This document shows positions 29,220-47,752 of a stretch of DNA of 64,000 nucleotides, in pieces. The position numbers and the translations under genes were made by a program. Under the pieces are notes generated by a model that was given only the letters and a program-made list of their open reading frames with translations, did not search any database and was not told the origin of the DNA. How positions within the stretch are numbered: the stretch's first letter is position 1; every line of letters begins with the position of its first letter. This DNA is from Trichoplax adhaerens (lineage: Eukaryota; Animalia; Placozoa), in NCBI RefSeq assembly GCF_000150275.1, contig NW_002060946.1, positions 96,678-160,677 on the forward strand, given 5' to 3'.

Positions 29220-30996
29220 GAGATCCTGGAGAGCTTATTAAGCATAATAATGAATTAACTATATGCTACGATTAAACTATTTCTAGTGCTATTTTTTTTG
29301 TAAACAAAATATGTGGATGACCAATACACGGTCAATTATGCTGCGCGTAAATATAGATCATTTCATCTGAACTACGTCTGGATCAATTAAACGGTTGAGA
29401 GGAATATTACCGTTATGTCAAACTACGAGCATTTTTCATTGCAATATTTCCAACCGATTTAATTTGTTGCTAGTGGATTAAATTTTAGCGTGTTTATTGA
29501 TCATATAATTGGACCTTATTTATTGGATTTTTTCAAGAAGTGCAGTATGCCACTAATGATAAATTTAAAATGAACAATAAAAAGTCTAATTTAAATTATC
29601 ATAACTAACTCTTTTCAAGATCAGTATTGACAATACAAAGTCAGATCAATTTTGAGCCTTATTCCAAGTATCAGTTCTCCAATCTCGAGTATTATCCAGA
29701 GCAAAATTCTCACTACCAATATTAGGTCTTGAAAATTTAATCAACAAAAGAAATTAATTAATCTATTTTTCCTTCATGACATTTTCCTTTGCACACACTT
29801 AATTGGAAAATATGCTCAGTGCAGAAATTAACAGCTCTAATATGTATTGATAGCATATTTTCACTTGCAAAGTTGAATTAATTTAAATTTACTATCGATG
29901 CCTTCGCAGACTATGCATTAGATACTAACACATCATGAGTACAACAAACGGTAATAATGGCCAGTTTTCCGTTCCTTTCATCCTTGTAAGCTAGCAGGTG
30001 TTTACTGAAGCCAGGCATAATAATTATTGGAATCCTTCTAACCATATAAGGAATGGGCCTACGAGTATATTACCAGACATTGAACTCTTCTTTTCAAAGT
30101 CTACAATTTGTATTCCTCTTCACTTAAAGTATTATTATGCGCCATTGCAAGCTATCTCGTAAATACAAAAATACATTGCATAAATATATATAGAAAATTT
30201 CAGAGTCGAAACGATATATATATTTCTTTGCGCTCGCGCGGCGTATATATCCGATTTTTAGTGTTTCATTTTTTATTTCCTTTTATTATCTTTTTGTTAT
30301 TATTTTTCGCGGGGGTCCAGGTCTTCTCTATCTGAAATAGAGTTACTGCTATGATTTCTTACCTATGAAAGACTACTTTTACAGTATTCAGTAGTCTGAA
30401 TAAACCTCATTTTAAAAGTTGTAGTTACACACTATTAAAGCGGTCAGCTTTTAATTGCGAGAATCGAGGTGAAAACTGTCTCCTTGAATGGACACCAATC
30501 AATTATAAATAGTAGACTTCAATAAACCAATTTTGTCTATAACAATTTTACAGTGCAGAAATATTACCGTAGCAGAGAGCTTTGTTCTTCATTTGTATTA
30601 TTCTTGCGGATCACCTTGACATGGTGATCAACAGAATTTTTAGCATTATTATCGTCTTTATTAAGACATCATCTTTGAAATTCTTGGGCATTGTACATCT
30701 ACCCTCTTGTAAATATTACTGGATGAATAATTATGGTGGAATCTCGGCCAATTCATGCATGAAATTTATGCCACTAAAACAACACTGTCACATGCTAGTA
30801 TGCTGTCAGTGAAGTTATTTGGGCTGATCGAGAATATAATTTTTATATTTTAGTCGACATCGTTGGAAATTAGTCGTGCAACCTCGACAAATACTGCTGA
30901 TAAATAATCAATCCGATATAGATGGAAGTGTACTTATCTTCTTGGTAGGGTAGTTATTAGTTATTACTTCATTTCATAAATAACATTTTGATAGTT
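29220..30996 (+). repeat. Copy 2 of ~1.78-kb direct duplication
   Basis: Near-identical to 23986-25760 apart from scattered substitutions and a non-homologous core at 30167-30333. Confidence 0.95.
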
Positions 30997-32432
30997 TGTT
31001 TTCTAGTGATAATTGAAGCGTTTTTTTTGGGTCAATGTCATGATCGCATGTCACGTCGAATACTATAGTTGTCAAAGAGAAGTATAAAATTGATATTTGA
31101 TAATTTTATTTCAGCGTGCAGCTGTAATATGGTTTCTATTTTGTCATCTATTCTGTTTTGTTTACAACAGCTACAATGGACATTACGAAGAGCCTATTTA
31201 TTTTAGTGAGTTTGGGAGGTTCCCTTTCTGGTGTATTGTACTAGGTCAATAAATCAATCCATTTTTTAGACAGTACGTAAGTGAAAGAATTTGCAATAGT
31301 GCATGGAATGCACAACTGCCTTGCAATGTAGAGGCATTAACGTTCTATTCTGGAATTCTGCATTCATACACAAATCATTGCTCTCTTGCAGTAAACTGCA
31401 TCACAAGTGTTCATCTTTTCTATTTGTTTAGCATTCTTCAAGTGCTCAATTTTATCGACGGTTGTGGTTGGTAAATATGGCAGGAAAATTCATCGTGTAA
31501 TCATTTTAAATCATGAAGTATTTTCAGTCTAGGTAGAGTATAATAATTTCAGCTGATTACACGAGTGATCGACGTTAGGAATGCGTTGTAAATCTGTGCG
31601 TCTTCAATAAAGGAAGTATTGATTGTGGCTAGCGGGATGGAAAGGCTCACTTGTACTTATACACTGTACAGTGCTACATATGTGTTCTCTCTGGCTGGTT
31701 TTTGCTGTCTATTCACAGCTCTCAGCATATTTGTGATTGCTGTTTCTCTGATCTGTAACTGTCATATTGCAGCTGTCTGATTGTTATTTATTTAAGTTTC
31801 TATCATCATAAACAACTCATTTTTTTGGACGTACTTTGAAGTCTTCGTGCTAACTGTCTGCATAGCCTGTAGTCTTATCGTATAGCATTTTATGAAAGTC
31901 AAGCGGCACTGTCAAGCCCATACGACTGTACTTCAATAATAGAGAATCTAATTTAATGCATGGCAGAACGTAGGCTTCTACCTGCACAGTATGTCGCGAA
32001 ATTGAATTTTACGAAGATGTTGAAACAGAGTCATTAATGCAAATTTGTAATCCATAGGATGGCATCATTCGCTATCGAGTAACAACCTTCCAAGCTGTAT
32101 GTGAAGAACTATTTGAGCTTAAAGCCGCTCGGTTGGAAGCGAGCGTCGACAGTCCTTCACTGAAAATAGCGCCTGCAAGTAAGGTGCAGCTGCAATAACA
32201 CAATAATACGCGTACTCTATCTCTCTTCATAGACGAGTACGTATATTATTATAATTATGGTGTAGTTGCACTTTGAGTAGCGCAAGGTAGTCGGGTTGGA
32301 GGTCCATCAGTAGTCCTCCAGGAACGACTAAATCCTCGTCCACATCTGCAACTGATTCTAACCATGTTCTAACCGTCTACATTGCTTACACCATCGACAT
32401 TTTTCTCTCACTTCCATCATTTGGACCTGTTG

Positions 32433-32511
32433 GACTAGTTGGGACCATTGAACGCTACGTCCCGTACTATTAGACTAGTTGGGACTAGTGAACGTCACCT
32501 CCCGTGCTACT
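32433..32511 (+). repeat. Two imperfect ~40-bp tandem copies
   Basis: gactagttgggaccattgaacgctacgtcccgtact followed by gactagttgggactagtgaacgtcacctcccgtgct. Confidence 0.7.
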
Positions 32512-32612
32512 GTCCTCAGAGTCGTTGGTTTCAGAGACGAAATCATAATAAGTACAGTACTTAGTACAGTACTATACAGTGTATTGTACGCTGGTCACGA
32601 CTGCCCTGTCGA

Positions 32613-33160
32613 GACATGCGCGATGGAGCATGAATGTGTGACAGATAGACAGGCGGTCGTACGAGAGCGACTGCTGGTCGATTCCACTGTACTTTTGACT
32701 ATTGACTACTTTCATACTCGACGTCGCGGTATGGTTTGAAACCGTTTATTACGTGCCCTTGAATGAACCAGAGCGGGACATGCGCAATGGAGCATGAATG
32801 TGCGACAGACAGACAGGCAGCCGTACGACAGCGACTGCTGGTCGACTCCACTGTACAGTGTACAGTGTACAGTACCGTAGGGCACACTATACTTTTGACT
32901 ATTGACTACTTTCATACTCGACGTCGCGGTATGGTTTGAAACCGTTCATTACGTGCCCTTGAATGAACCAGAGCGGGACATGCGCAATGGAGCATGAATG
33001 TGCGACAGACAGACAGGCAGCCGTACGACAGCGACTGCTGGTCGACTCCACTGTACAGTGTACAGTACCGTAGGGCACACTATACTTTTGAATATTGACT
33101 ACTTTAGTACTCGACGTCGCGGTATGGTTTGAAAGCGTTTTATTACGTGCCCTTGAATGG
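32613..33160 (+). repeat. ~200-bp tandem repeat, ~2.8 copies, upstream of DPP8/9
   Basis: Units start ttttgactattgactactttcatactcgacg at 32693 and 32893 (variant at 33086); unit lengths 200 and 193 (one TGTACAG heptamer fewer); partial diverged copies at both ends. Confidence 0.95.
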
Positions 33161-33487
33161 ACCGGATCGGACCGGAGAGTCAGTACTGTCTGCACTATGC
33201 TGTGCTCGAGGTAACTTACTCGTTGAGTAACTTTCGAAAGCCTTCGCCAGCCGATTGCGTCGCTTGGAAACTACAATCTGATTGATCTCCAAGTTGGTAA
33301 AATCTCCATCGTATCTTAAGTTGATCCTGATTTTCTTCAGTTGTACTCGCGTAGATCAATTTTATTGCCATCGAAGGCAAATAGACGCAAATCACAAATC
33401 TCCAAGACTGCGTAACAGTGTATGATTGTAGTGTTGCACGCCATTGCTACAATTCAGAAGAATTGAGAGAGCGATCGATCATTGCTA

Positions 33488-39549
<6,062 letters not shown>

Positions 39550-41911
39550 TGCCGGAGAATTTCGACTAATTTGATTTCCGCAAGATTTCTCGTGCAATTA
39601 TTGCATAAGATGATATCAAACTATCCTGAAAAAGTGCACGTTATGGTGATCCATGTTTAATGGTAAGCTGTTTACGAGCTTTCGTGATCACTCTTAAGTA
39701 ACTAAGAAAAAATTTATTTTGAATGTTAGATGAGTCTAGTTTGTGAATTTAAAGTCATAAGTTAGTTTAAGTCGAGCCAAATTTATGGCAATAAATCAAG
39801 TATGCATATGGAGCATGTCATATCAAACAATTTAACTACAGTACAATGATAAATATTTTAACTGAACTTTAGATCTTTTACTATCCTGTAAGAATTTTAT
39901 CCTCTAAGCTGTTTTTACTTGTTATAAGGCGTTATTTCAAACGTTGTAGATAGAGCTATAATTTCATGTTAATGTTTATCACCTTAATGGAATGGTATCT
40001 ATTGTACAGTGTACAATCTACGATAATTGGACACGTTACCAGGTATTCATTAGTCTATATATACAATTAAAAATTGTTCTCAATTGTAGTAATAAGAATT
40101 CGTTTTACAGTTTCAATGATTCCTTTTAGACGAGAAGTTACAATATTTTATTTAGAGTTAAATAGTCTCTGTTTTATTGTTATTTCTTAAACTCTAAAAC
40201 TGCATCGATAGTATCTTTAAGTCCAATTAGAATGAATTTAGAGTATTTATATGCAATTCTATCTTTGCAAATACATTTAGCGCGATTACATCCGTGATTG
40301 CGTTCGCGTGAACTATTTTTATCACTGCAAGCGTTTCATTGAAATAAACATTTTATAAAATTGTTTGGTGATGAACTATATCTGGAAATTGATATCAAAG
40401 ATGCATATTTAGCTTGTTACGAGTTGTTGAAACTGATATATTCTGCTCTATCACTACTAAAATACGCCTAACGATATTGAGGCAAGCATATTTAACTAAA
40501 ATTGGACTCACGCTGATATCATGAAAGGAACTTTCGATCAAAATTGCAAGTGTAGTTGTATTTACAGTTAAAATAAGCAAGATGTCATAGTTTTTGTCCA
40601 TGATCTATGAGATACCAAACTTCGATTAAATTTTGGCATATGTACGCGATTCTGTACAAATATGTAGACTTTTCACAGCTTGTAAGCAATTTAAGGCACG
40701 ATATTGAGCCTATTGACTGACATGAGCCCAGTTCTGCATAAATCTTACTGTATTACTAACTAATCTCGCATACTGATGAAAGTGTGCATTGCCAATAATC
40801 AATTTATTTTGTATATTTTCGTTATATGACCGTATACCTGATTGATTCAGTTTTTATTCTTTCATTACGTTGACGGAAAATTAAAACATTACGATTAGAC
40901 AGATAAAAGTTCACTAAATAATATGAATAAGTGTACTATTTACCTTGGCACAATGGTGTACAAATTATATTATAGTCTATAAACTACGTATGTATGATAT
41001 GAATATTAAATCGTTCCGCATACATTATGCATTAAAATGCAAATTGACTATAGGATATTAGTTATAAGAAATCTTACATCCGTAAACACTATCGCACTAA
41101 TTAGGAAACTATCTAGAATATCATGGCATACGTTGTATAATTTGTAAATCGCTCACCTGCTGTAAATGCGGTTTAAAACAACTGCGAAATTTACTTAATT
41201 TAAACTGAGGGAAAAATTGTAAAAATAATTCCAATCTTTCCTGGATGACCTAATGTGCAGATTACCTAGTGGTACGTAAAATTATAGAGGAAGACTACAG
41301 GTACTTCGCGAAGGCAACTAGTGTAAAGGCTCAGAAAGATTCGGGATAGAAACTAGGAATAGCAGTAGTGCGCTCTTAAAACTCAAGTTAAACTATGACA
41401 AGATCATAAAATCTGTTTCGTGATAGTTTCAAGTTTGCTCTGTCCAATCCTTATCTAAATTGCGTCGCTAATCATAATTTTTATTGTATAAATATCTAGA
41501 TAGAAATTAAAGATCAAGAAAGCGATAAACTTGATATCAAGGCATTCGCATTCTATTTCTACTGTTGTAGTTCAGACTTCTGTTATAGTAATTGCTATAG
41601 AAGGAATTATACCAAAGTGTATCAACATCAAGTTCTGATACAGTATAGTATACTGTACTTATGATAGTCTATGAATTAATAGATGTTTTATTCATGAGTT
41701 AGACCGAAAAATAAACAAATTATAGCCCATGTATATTAATGCAAAGTGGTATCCAAGGTTCAGGCACTAAAGGTCAATCTAAAGAACGAAGCTTTTGAAT
41801 ATCTCTAATGCATGTAAATTACTCGTATTTTAGCTGTTGCAACTTTAAGTAGCATATAACTGTGCAAAAGAAGACCAATTTCACAAATTCATTTATCTAA
41901 GTTGAATCCAA

Positions 41912-44900
41912 ATGGATACCTTTCAGGATGTCGTAGGCTCTATACAACATAGAATCCACGCATTCAATCATCAAATTTCCCAAATATATCAAAAGATTGA
42001 TCATCTACGCCAAATTAATAATCCAGTTATCGAAAACTTGTTCAGTATTGATCAAGAATACCTTCATGGCCACTCGAAGTGTAATGACGTTCAAATCATC
42101 ATCACAGGTAAAATGTTTAAAAATATATTGATATTTTTACTTCAATTTCATAGCAATGATGATAGCGTAAATAAATAATCTATAGGCAAATTTAATATTG
42201 ATAATTGCATATGGTGGGGTATTTCAGAAGGAAATTAGAGACGAGCAATAGGCCAGTATTATGTGGTCAAAAATAATACCTCAATATTCTTCATGTTAAA
42301 CTCTGGTTTTGCCTTACTTAGGTACTCCTGGCGTGGGTAAAAGTAGCTACATCAATCAATTAATCGACTATCCTTTACTTCCAACAAATTTTTCTTTATC
42401 CAATTCTTGCATATGGAAAATTTATTACAGTCAAGAGCCAAGAGTTATAATTCAAAATTATCCTGTGAACGCTGACAAGGGCGACAACAGTAATTGCCTG
42501 TCTCAAGTAGTTCAGATAGAGATCAATGATTACCAAGAACTGCAAGCTATCTATAAAAGCTCAATTTTCACTAAGAAAAGTGACTTCAATTGCTACAAGA
42601 TAATAACTCTATATTGGCCGCTAGCAGCTTTAAAGGTACCTCATATTCTATAACACGGCATGTTTATATACCACCTCTTATATTTGAAAGAAATCTCTTC
42701 GGTGAGAATGTCACAATACGCCAAGATTGTCAGTAGTAAAGTACTATACCACTAGGTTTGCATAGATTAACAAGTCCATAGATAATTATTGAAAAAATGA
42801 TATAATAACTTGATATAAGACTAATTTGTATCGCTATGTCCTAAACAGAAATAGAACCCTTAAACCAATATAATAATTTATTTTACTACTATTAGTGAAT
42901 CAATGGAAATTTTATATTTGCTATGCAAGACTTTGCTTGAGACCTTAGAATAGTTCAATGCTATGCATTAGTACTAAGTGATCATAACTCTATCATCGAG
43001 CATTTTGCATAAAGAAGTATTGATTCTCGTACTCTAAAGCTAGTAGCTACTAGCGCAAATAATTATATTTACAAAATTAAACAATACCAAACTTTATATA
43101 TGAGCAGAAAATCTATGCAGGGCAATGCTGTATCGATGCCCATATTTGTGATTAGCTCTTTCATATAGAAGTATTATTATATTCTTATTTCATCTACCAG
43201 CACTGTAATATTTTAACGCGGAAATAGTAACACCCACACAGAGCTACATAGAGTAACTCTATATTCATATACGCGTACAATTCATATTATATATGTACAG
43301 TTGAATGGTAAGTCCTATTTTTGCATGCTGTTTTATACTCCTAACATACAATATAGCGCGGATATATTTCACTAGTAGCTGACACTAACTGCTTCTCAAA
43401 TAAATTACTTCAATTTGCATTAGTAACGTCGAAATATGATATTAATTATAATTATCTACTAGGAGAACATATCTGTCATTGAAATAACTTCATCTTTATG
43501 GCATCTGCTAGCTGATAAAATATCTTCTGTCATATCATCGTCTTATCTGGCTCTCATCTATATATTAGATGCTACGCTTCTGATTGATCAAACAATAAAA
43601 CAGGTAATATAATGTCAGCCAAATTTATTCCCTCATTTTTATGTTAAAAGACCTGGAAAAATCCAATCATAATATAATGTAGATAAATTTCTCAATTTAC
43701 ATCGTTATCTACTATGCCTTATAAGATTTAAATATGTGCTCCTTACCTATTTACTGTATTTATCGTTATTAGAATGTTACTCGCTATTTCCAACCTTGTA
43801 TTTATGAACTCTTTATTTTGTAGTAGAATTTATAGTTAGGCCAGCTAGCCTTAATAAAATTAATATCCCTACCTAAGTTTATTTTCTCTAAATAGATCAA
43901 TGATTTTAGAGACAGTATTCAGCAACTCAATAATGGTATTAAAAGTCATCACATCATGAAATCAATGCTATTCGCGTGCAATAAGATGGATTTAATTAAC
44001 GCTGATCGTAATCCAATGTCATTATCAACATATGCTACTTTACACGATTTCCTATCTAAAAGCTGGATTGGCTCTCGAAAGCAGCGCTGCTACAATTGCA
44101 TCTCCATCACCACTACAGATATTGCCATGGCCGCGTTCTGTAAAAGCAGCATACAAGAAAGACTACTCCATATTAATGATATTTTTAACTATCAGATTAG
44201 CCGTGAGAATAACGTAAAAATAAGGTTGATTAAAACTTAAATTAACCTATTTAGTATGCATAGCGCTATCTACAAATGCATTGGTTATATTGTAATTAGT
44301 TATAGAATACTCGTATACAGCAGCTTATAAGTAGATCGTGATCTTAGAATATAGATCTCGGTAAAAATCATCTTTAAGACAGTTAAAATACGCTTCCATT
44401 TTGTTCTCAATTAGCTCTACGCTTACGATATGAATTCTTAAATTAAACGTCTATTTTTCGTTTCTATTAGAAATCTGAAAGAATATATAAATAGCTTAAG
44501 TCAAAACATTCAGTTTTTGCAAGAAATGGTCAATTTGAAGATGAATCATGATCCAACTTACGAGATAAATTCAGAAAATTTTCGACTTCGACTTTGCGAA
44601 TTAGAAAGCAAATTGAAAAAGCCTACTAGGAAGCTCTTAAATGAACTAATGTCAAGCAGTAACCAAATTCAGCGCATGGAAATGATTATTTTGGATTATT
44701 GTCGGAAAGATCAAGTTCATGCCGATTTATTCCATTGGCAAGAATGTGATTTCCATGATTTCTGTTGGTTTCAAGATATGTACTCCTATGCTCAAAATAA
44801 AGTAGCGACAAAATTATTAAAAAAAATTAATGAAAGCGAAAATATTGACCAACTTCTGATGCAATGGAGGCATGATGTTTTGGATGATATACGACTTTAT

Positions 44901-47752
44901 TTTAATCCATTCTCTGCAGTAAAAGATCAATACAAGCAACAGCAAGATGATCATCAAAATTTATCAGAATGGATGAAAGATCAAATACATCACTGGAAAG
45001 ACGAGCTGCCTACATTGTTCCAAGCAATGACTATTCCAGCCATGCTATCTTTTGATTGTGGTTATTTGGGATTAGCAACAGTGACTGTTTATTTCATCTA
45101 TAATGCTTATAATATCAAGCCAAGACTAATGCAAGTTTTACAAGCAACAAGTCATAAAATGTTTCATGACTTAGTTTCATCACCAATTATACATCTAGTA
45201 CGCAGAGAACAGGATAAACTATTACAACAACAATTAGATAGTCATTTAATATCGCATATTGAGGCTACTTTAAAAGCCTATGAACAAATCTATCGTGATA
45301 TCAGCGATGATGACATGAGTCACTCTATAATTTCGTCATTTAAATCTATTCTGCCTCAAATTCAATTAATTCATCAAAATCTTAAAGTGCTGGATATTCT
45401 TTATATTGAAAAATTTGAATTTTCATCTCTCGATGTCATGGATTATCAAACCTTTCCGGATCATTTTGTGCGTGATTCAGACCCACGACTGCTTAAATGC
45501 CGCATTCAACACCAACACTATCGACAACTTGATGTGCATTTGCGCCATTATAACTATCAAATCGAGGAGTCTAATGTTGATGAAATTCTGACACTTAGCC
45601 AATCGTTAAGGTAACTTAATTTATTAACCATTAGTCTCTTCATAGGCTTCGTCATGCAGATTCAATTCTAATTTAACACATCAGCGATTTCTAAGCAATT
45701 TATTGATTTCGGCACTAATCATCGGATAGGTTATCAAATTATTAATTCAATACACGATGATCGGTATTGATATATAATTCCATCACTGCTTAACCATTCA
45801 TTCCAAATTTCCGTCGGTTTTTACTTTTAACTTTGCTTGTTATTCTTTTAAACGGGAATAGTAGTAAATCAATGCTAATCAATCTCATGATAGACAAGCC
45901 CACAGAATAAATACAGAAATTTACTTGCATGCTATAATGTCAATATCTTGTAAAGCAATCCGTTTAAATTCTTCACTATGAATGCCAAGGATAGTGAATG
46001 ATACATTGAACTTTTAAAATTAATTATGAAACTATTACAAGTTTAGTACCTTTAATTATATACATAGGAGTGGAATTTCTACCTCTAAGAGTGATGCCAA
46101 TAGTATAACTCTGACTATAATGTAGGTAGCCATAGAGATCAGAACAGTTCTCCGCTAGTACAGTATTTGCTATTCAGTATGATCAAAGTCTGAACCACAA
46201 TTCCTAGTCGGCGTTTTCATAAAGATCATGAAATCTTTAACATGATGTGAAGAATAACCGAAATACAAGCAAAAGTATTTATTACCGTACTATATGTAAT
46301 CGTTAGCCCAAATTGGTAGATATTATTTTATCCATATATTCATGGTGGCTGTATATTTTATTATGTTCTATTATAGAAAGTGCCATCACGTTGAAGACAT
46401 ATAGTTAGAACTGCATCTTGTCTTTGTCTAGAAATCGTAACTAGTGCAATTATTTAGTTAAATATTAAGAATTTAAAACATTTAACGCCTAAATTAACCT
46501 TTTTTACCGTGTCGAGAAAATATAACTTGCCATCAACGGTCCATAATCTGCATACAATTCAATTAACCCTAAATTCCAAAATTGAATCTAAGTATTTACC
46601 GAATATACTCTTTTCTCGGTGATATAGTAGTACTTGTGTCAACCTATTTACTCCTGTACAAAATAGTCGGATTGTTTCTCGGTCGTAAGTAAATTCTAAA
46701 TTATGTCTAAATGCATACTACTAACAAAATAGGAAAATGGATCATCAAAACGTAGGAAAATTACAAGGAATTCTCAAACATATCCATCTAACTCATTGTC
46801 ACCTTTACTTTACTTATCCAAGCACGGCATGTACATTAAGAGAATTTTTAAATGGATCATCTGATTGCATTCCAGCTCATTATTCTTCCGATTTTACTAA
46901 ACAACTATCAGCTTATCAATCCATGTTATCCTTAGCTACCGATATCTGCCAAGGCTTAGCATATATTCATGAACGAGGATTCATACATTGTCATTTAACA
47001 TTAGACTATGTTCTGGTAAGATGAGGAAATTACAGTGTATTTGATATTTGTTGTGAAATGTACCAATCAGTTTTATACAGATATCGATGTTGCTTACCTG
47101 CAACTAAGAATGCCATAGTATATTAGTCTTGTAGCCTGTTAATATTATCTCTTATTAAATGATTTACTTTTAGAACTAGTAACTTAAGTATAAAGTCATA
47201 TAATCTCATTTAGCTATATAAATGCTTCTATCTTTAATTTTTCTAATGTTACAAAACCAATTACAAGAACTTTATCAAAGTTTTAAAATCGATTTTACTT
47301 TTTTTAATGCAATCTAGCTAACGTCGACATGCACAGCAGTCATTTGCGATATTGGCTCACCAAAAGTAGAGAACTGGATCTTTGATATCGAAACATTATC
47401 ACATTATCAACTAAAATTAATGCAGTATATGGCTCCTGAAATTCTGCACAGGCAGATTCACAATGGCCGATCAGACATTTATTCCTTTGGTCTATTACTA
47501 TGGGAAATGTGGTATGGCCTAAGCATAGATTGCCATATTGAAAATCAATCACAAACCAGTAGAAGTAATATCATTGAAATGATTCTTCAGCAACCACCTC
47601 CATCTTTAGATATAACTCCAATCCCCGAAGAAACGTTCAGGATCTTTGTTGCTCAGTGCCTATATGCTCAACCTGAACTGAGACCAAGTATACAAGTTTG
47701 TCAGCAAATTTTGTACGAACTACGTCGTCGTGCCTGTACTTCTGATTCTTAA
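41912..47752 (+). CDS. DSTYK-like protein: dynamin-like G domain + helical region + degenerate protein kinase domain, 7 exons, ~945 aa
   Basis: Exons 41912-42107, 42322-42635, 43463-43603, 43896-44224, 44471-45610, 46733-47015, 47318-47752 (2838 nt, all GT-AG, in frame). P-loop ITGTPGVGKSSYINQL..LLP, G4 FACNKMD; kinase landmarks LRKMDHQNV, DICQGLAYIHERGFIH, ICDIG, YMAPE, SDIYSFGLLLWEM, CL...PELRP. Confidence 0.85.

Noticed and set aside
31980-32190. Minus-strand frame with an in-frame TGA before Cys (possible selenoprotein)
   Set aside because: No homology, start or exon support and no SECIS seen; consistent with chance.
32613-33160. CRISPR array, tRNA or 5S rRNA interpretation of the tandem repeat
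   Set aside because: Units are contiguous with no unique spacers, there are no cas genes and the DNA is eukaryotic; no cloverleaf or A box, and 5S resemblance is limited to a few initial bases.
32479-33195. Four overlapping ORFs in the track
   Set aside because: Translations of the tandem repeat and TACAGT cluster; repetitive, with no protein signature.
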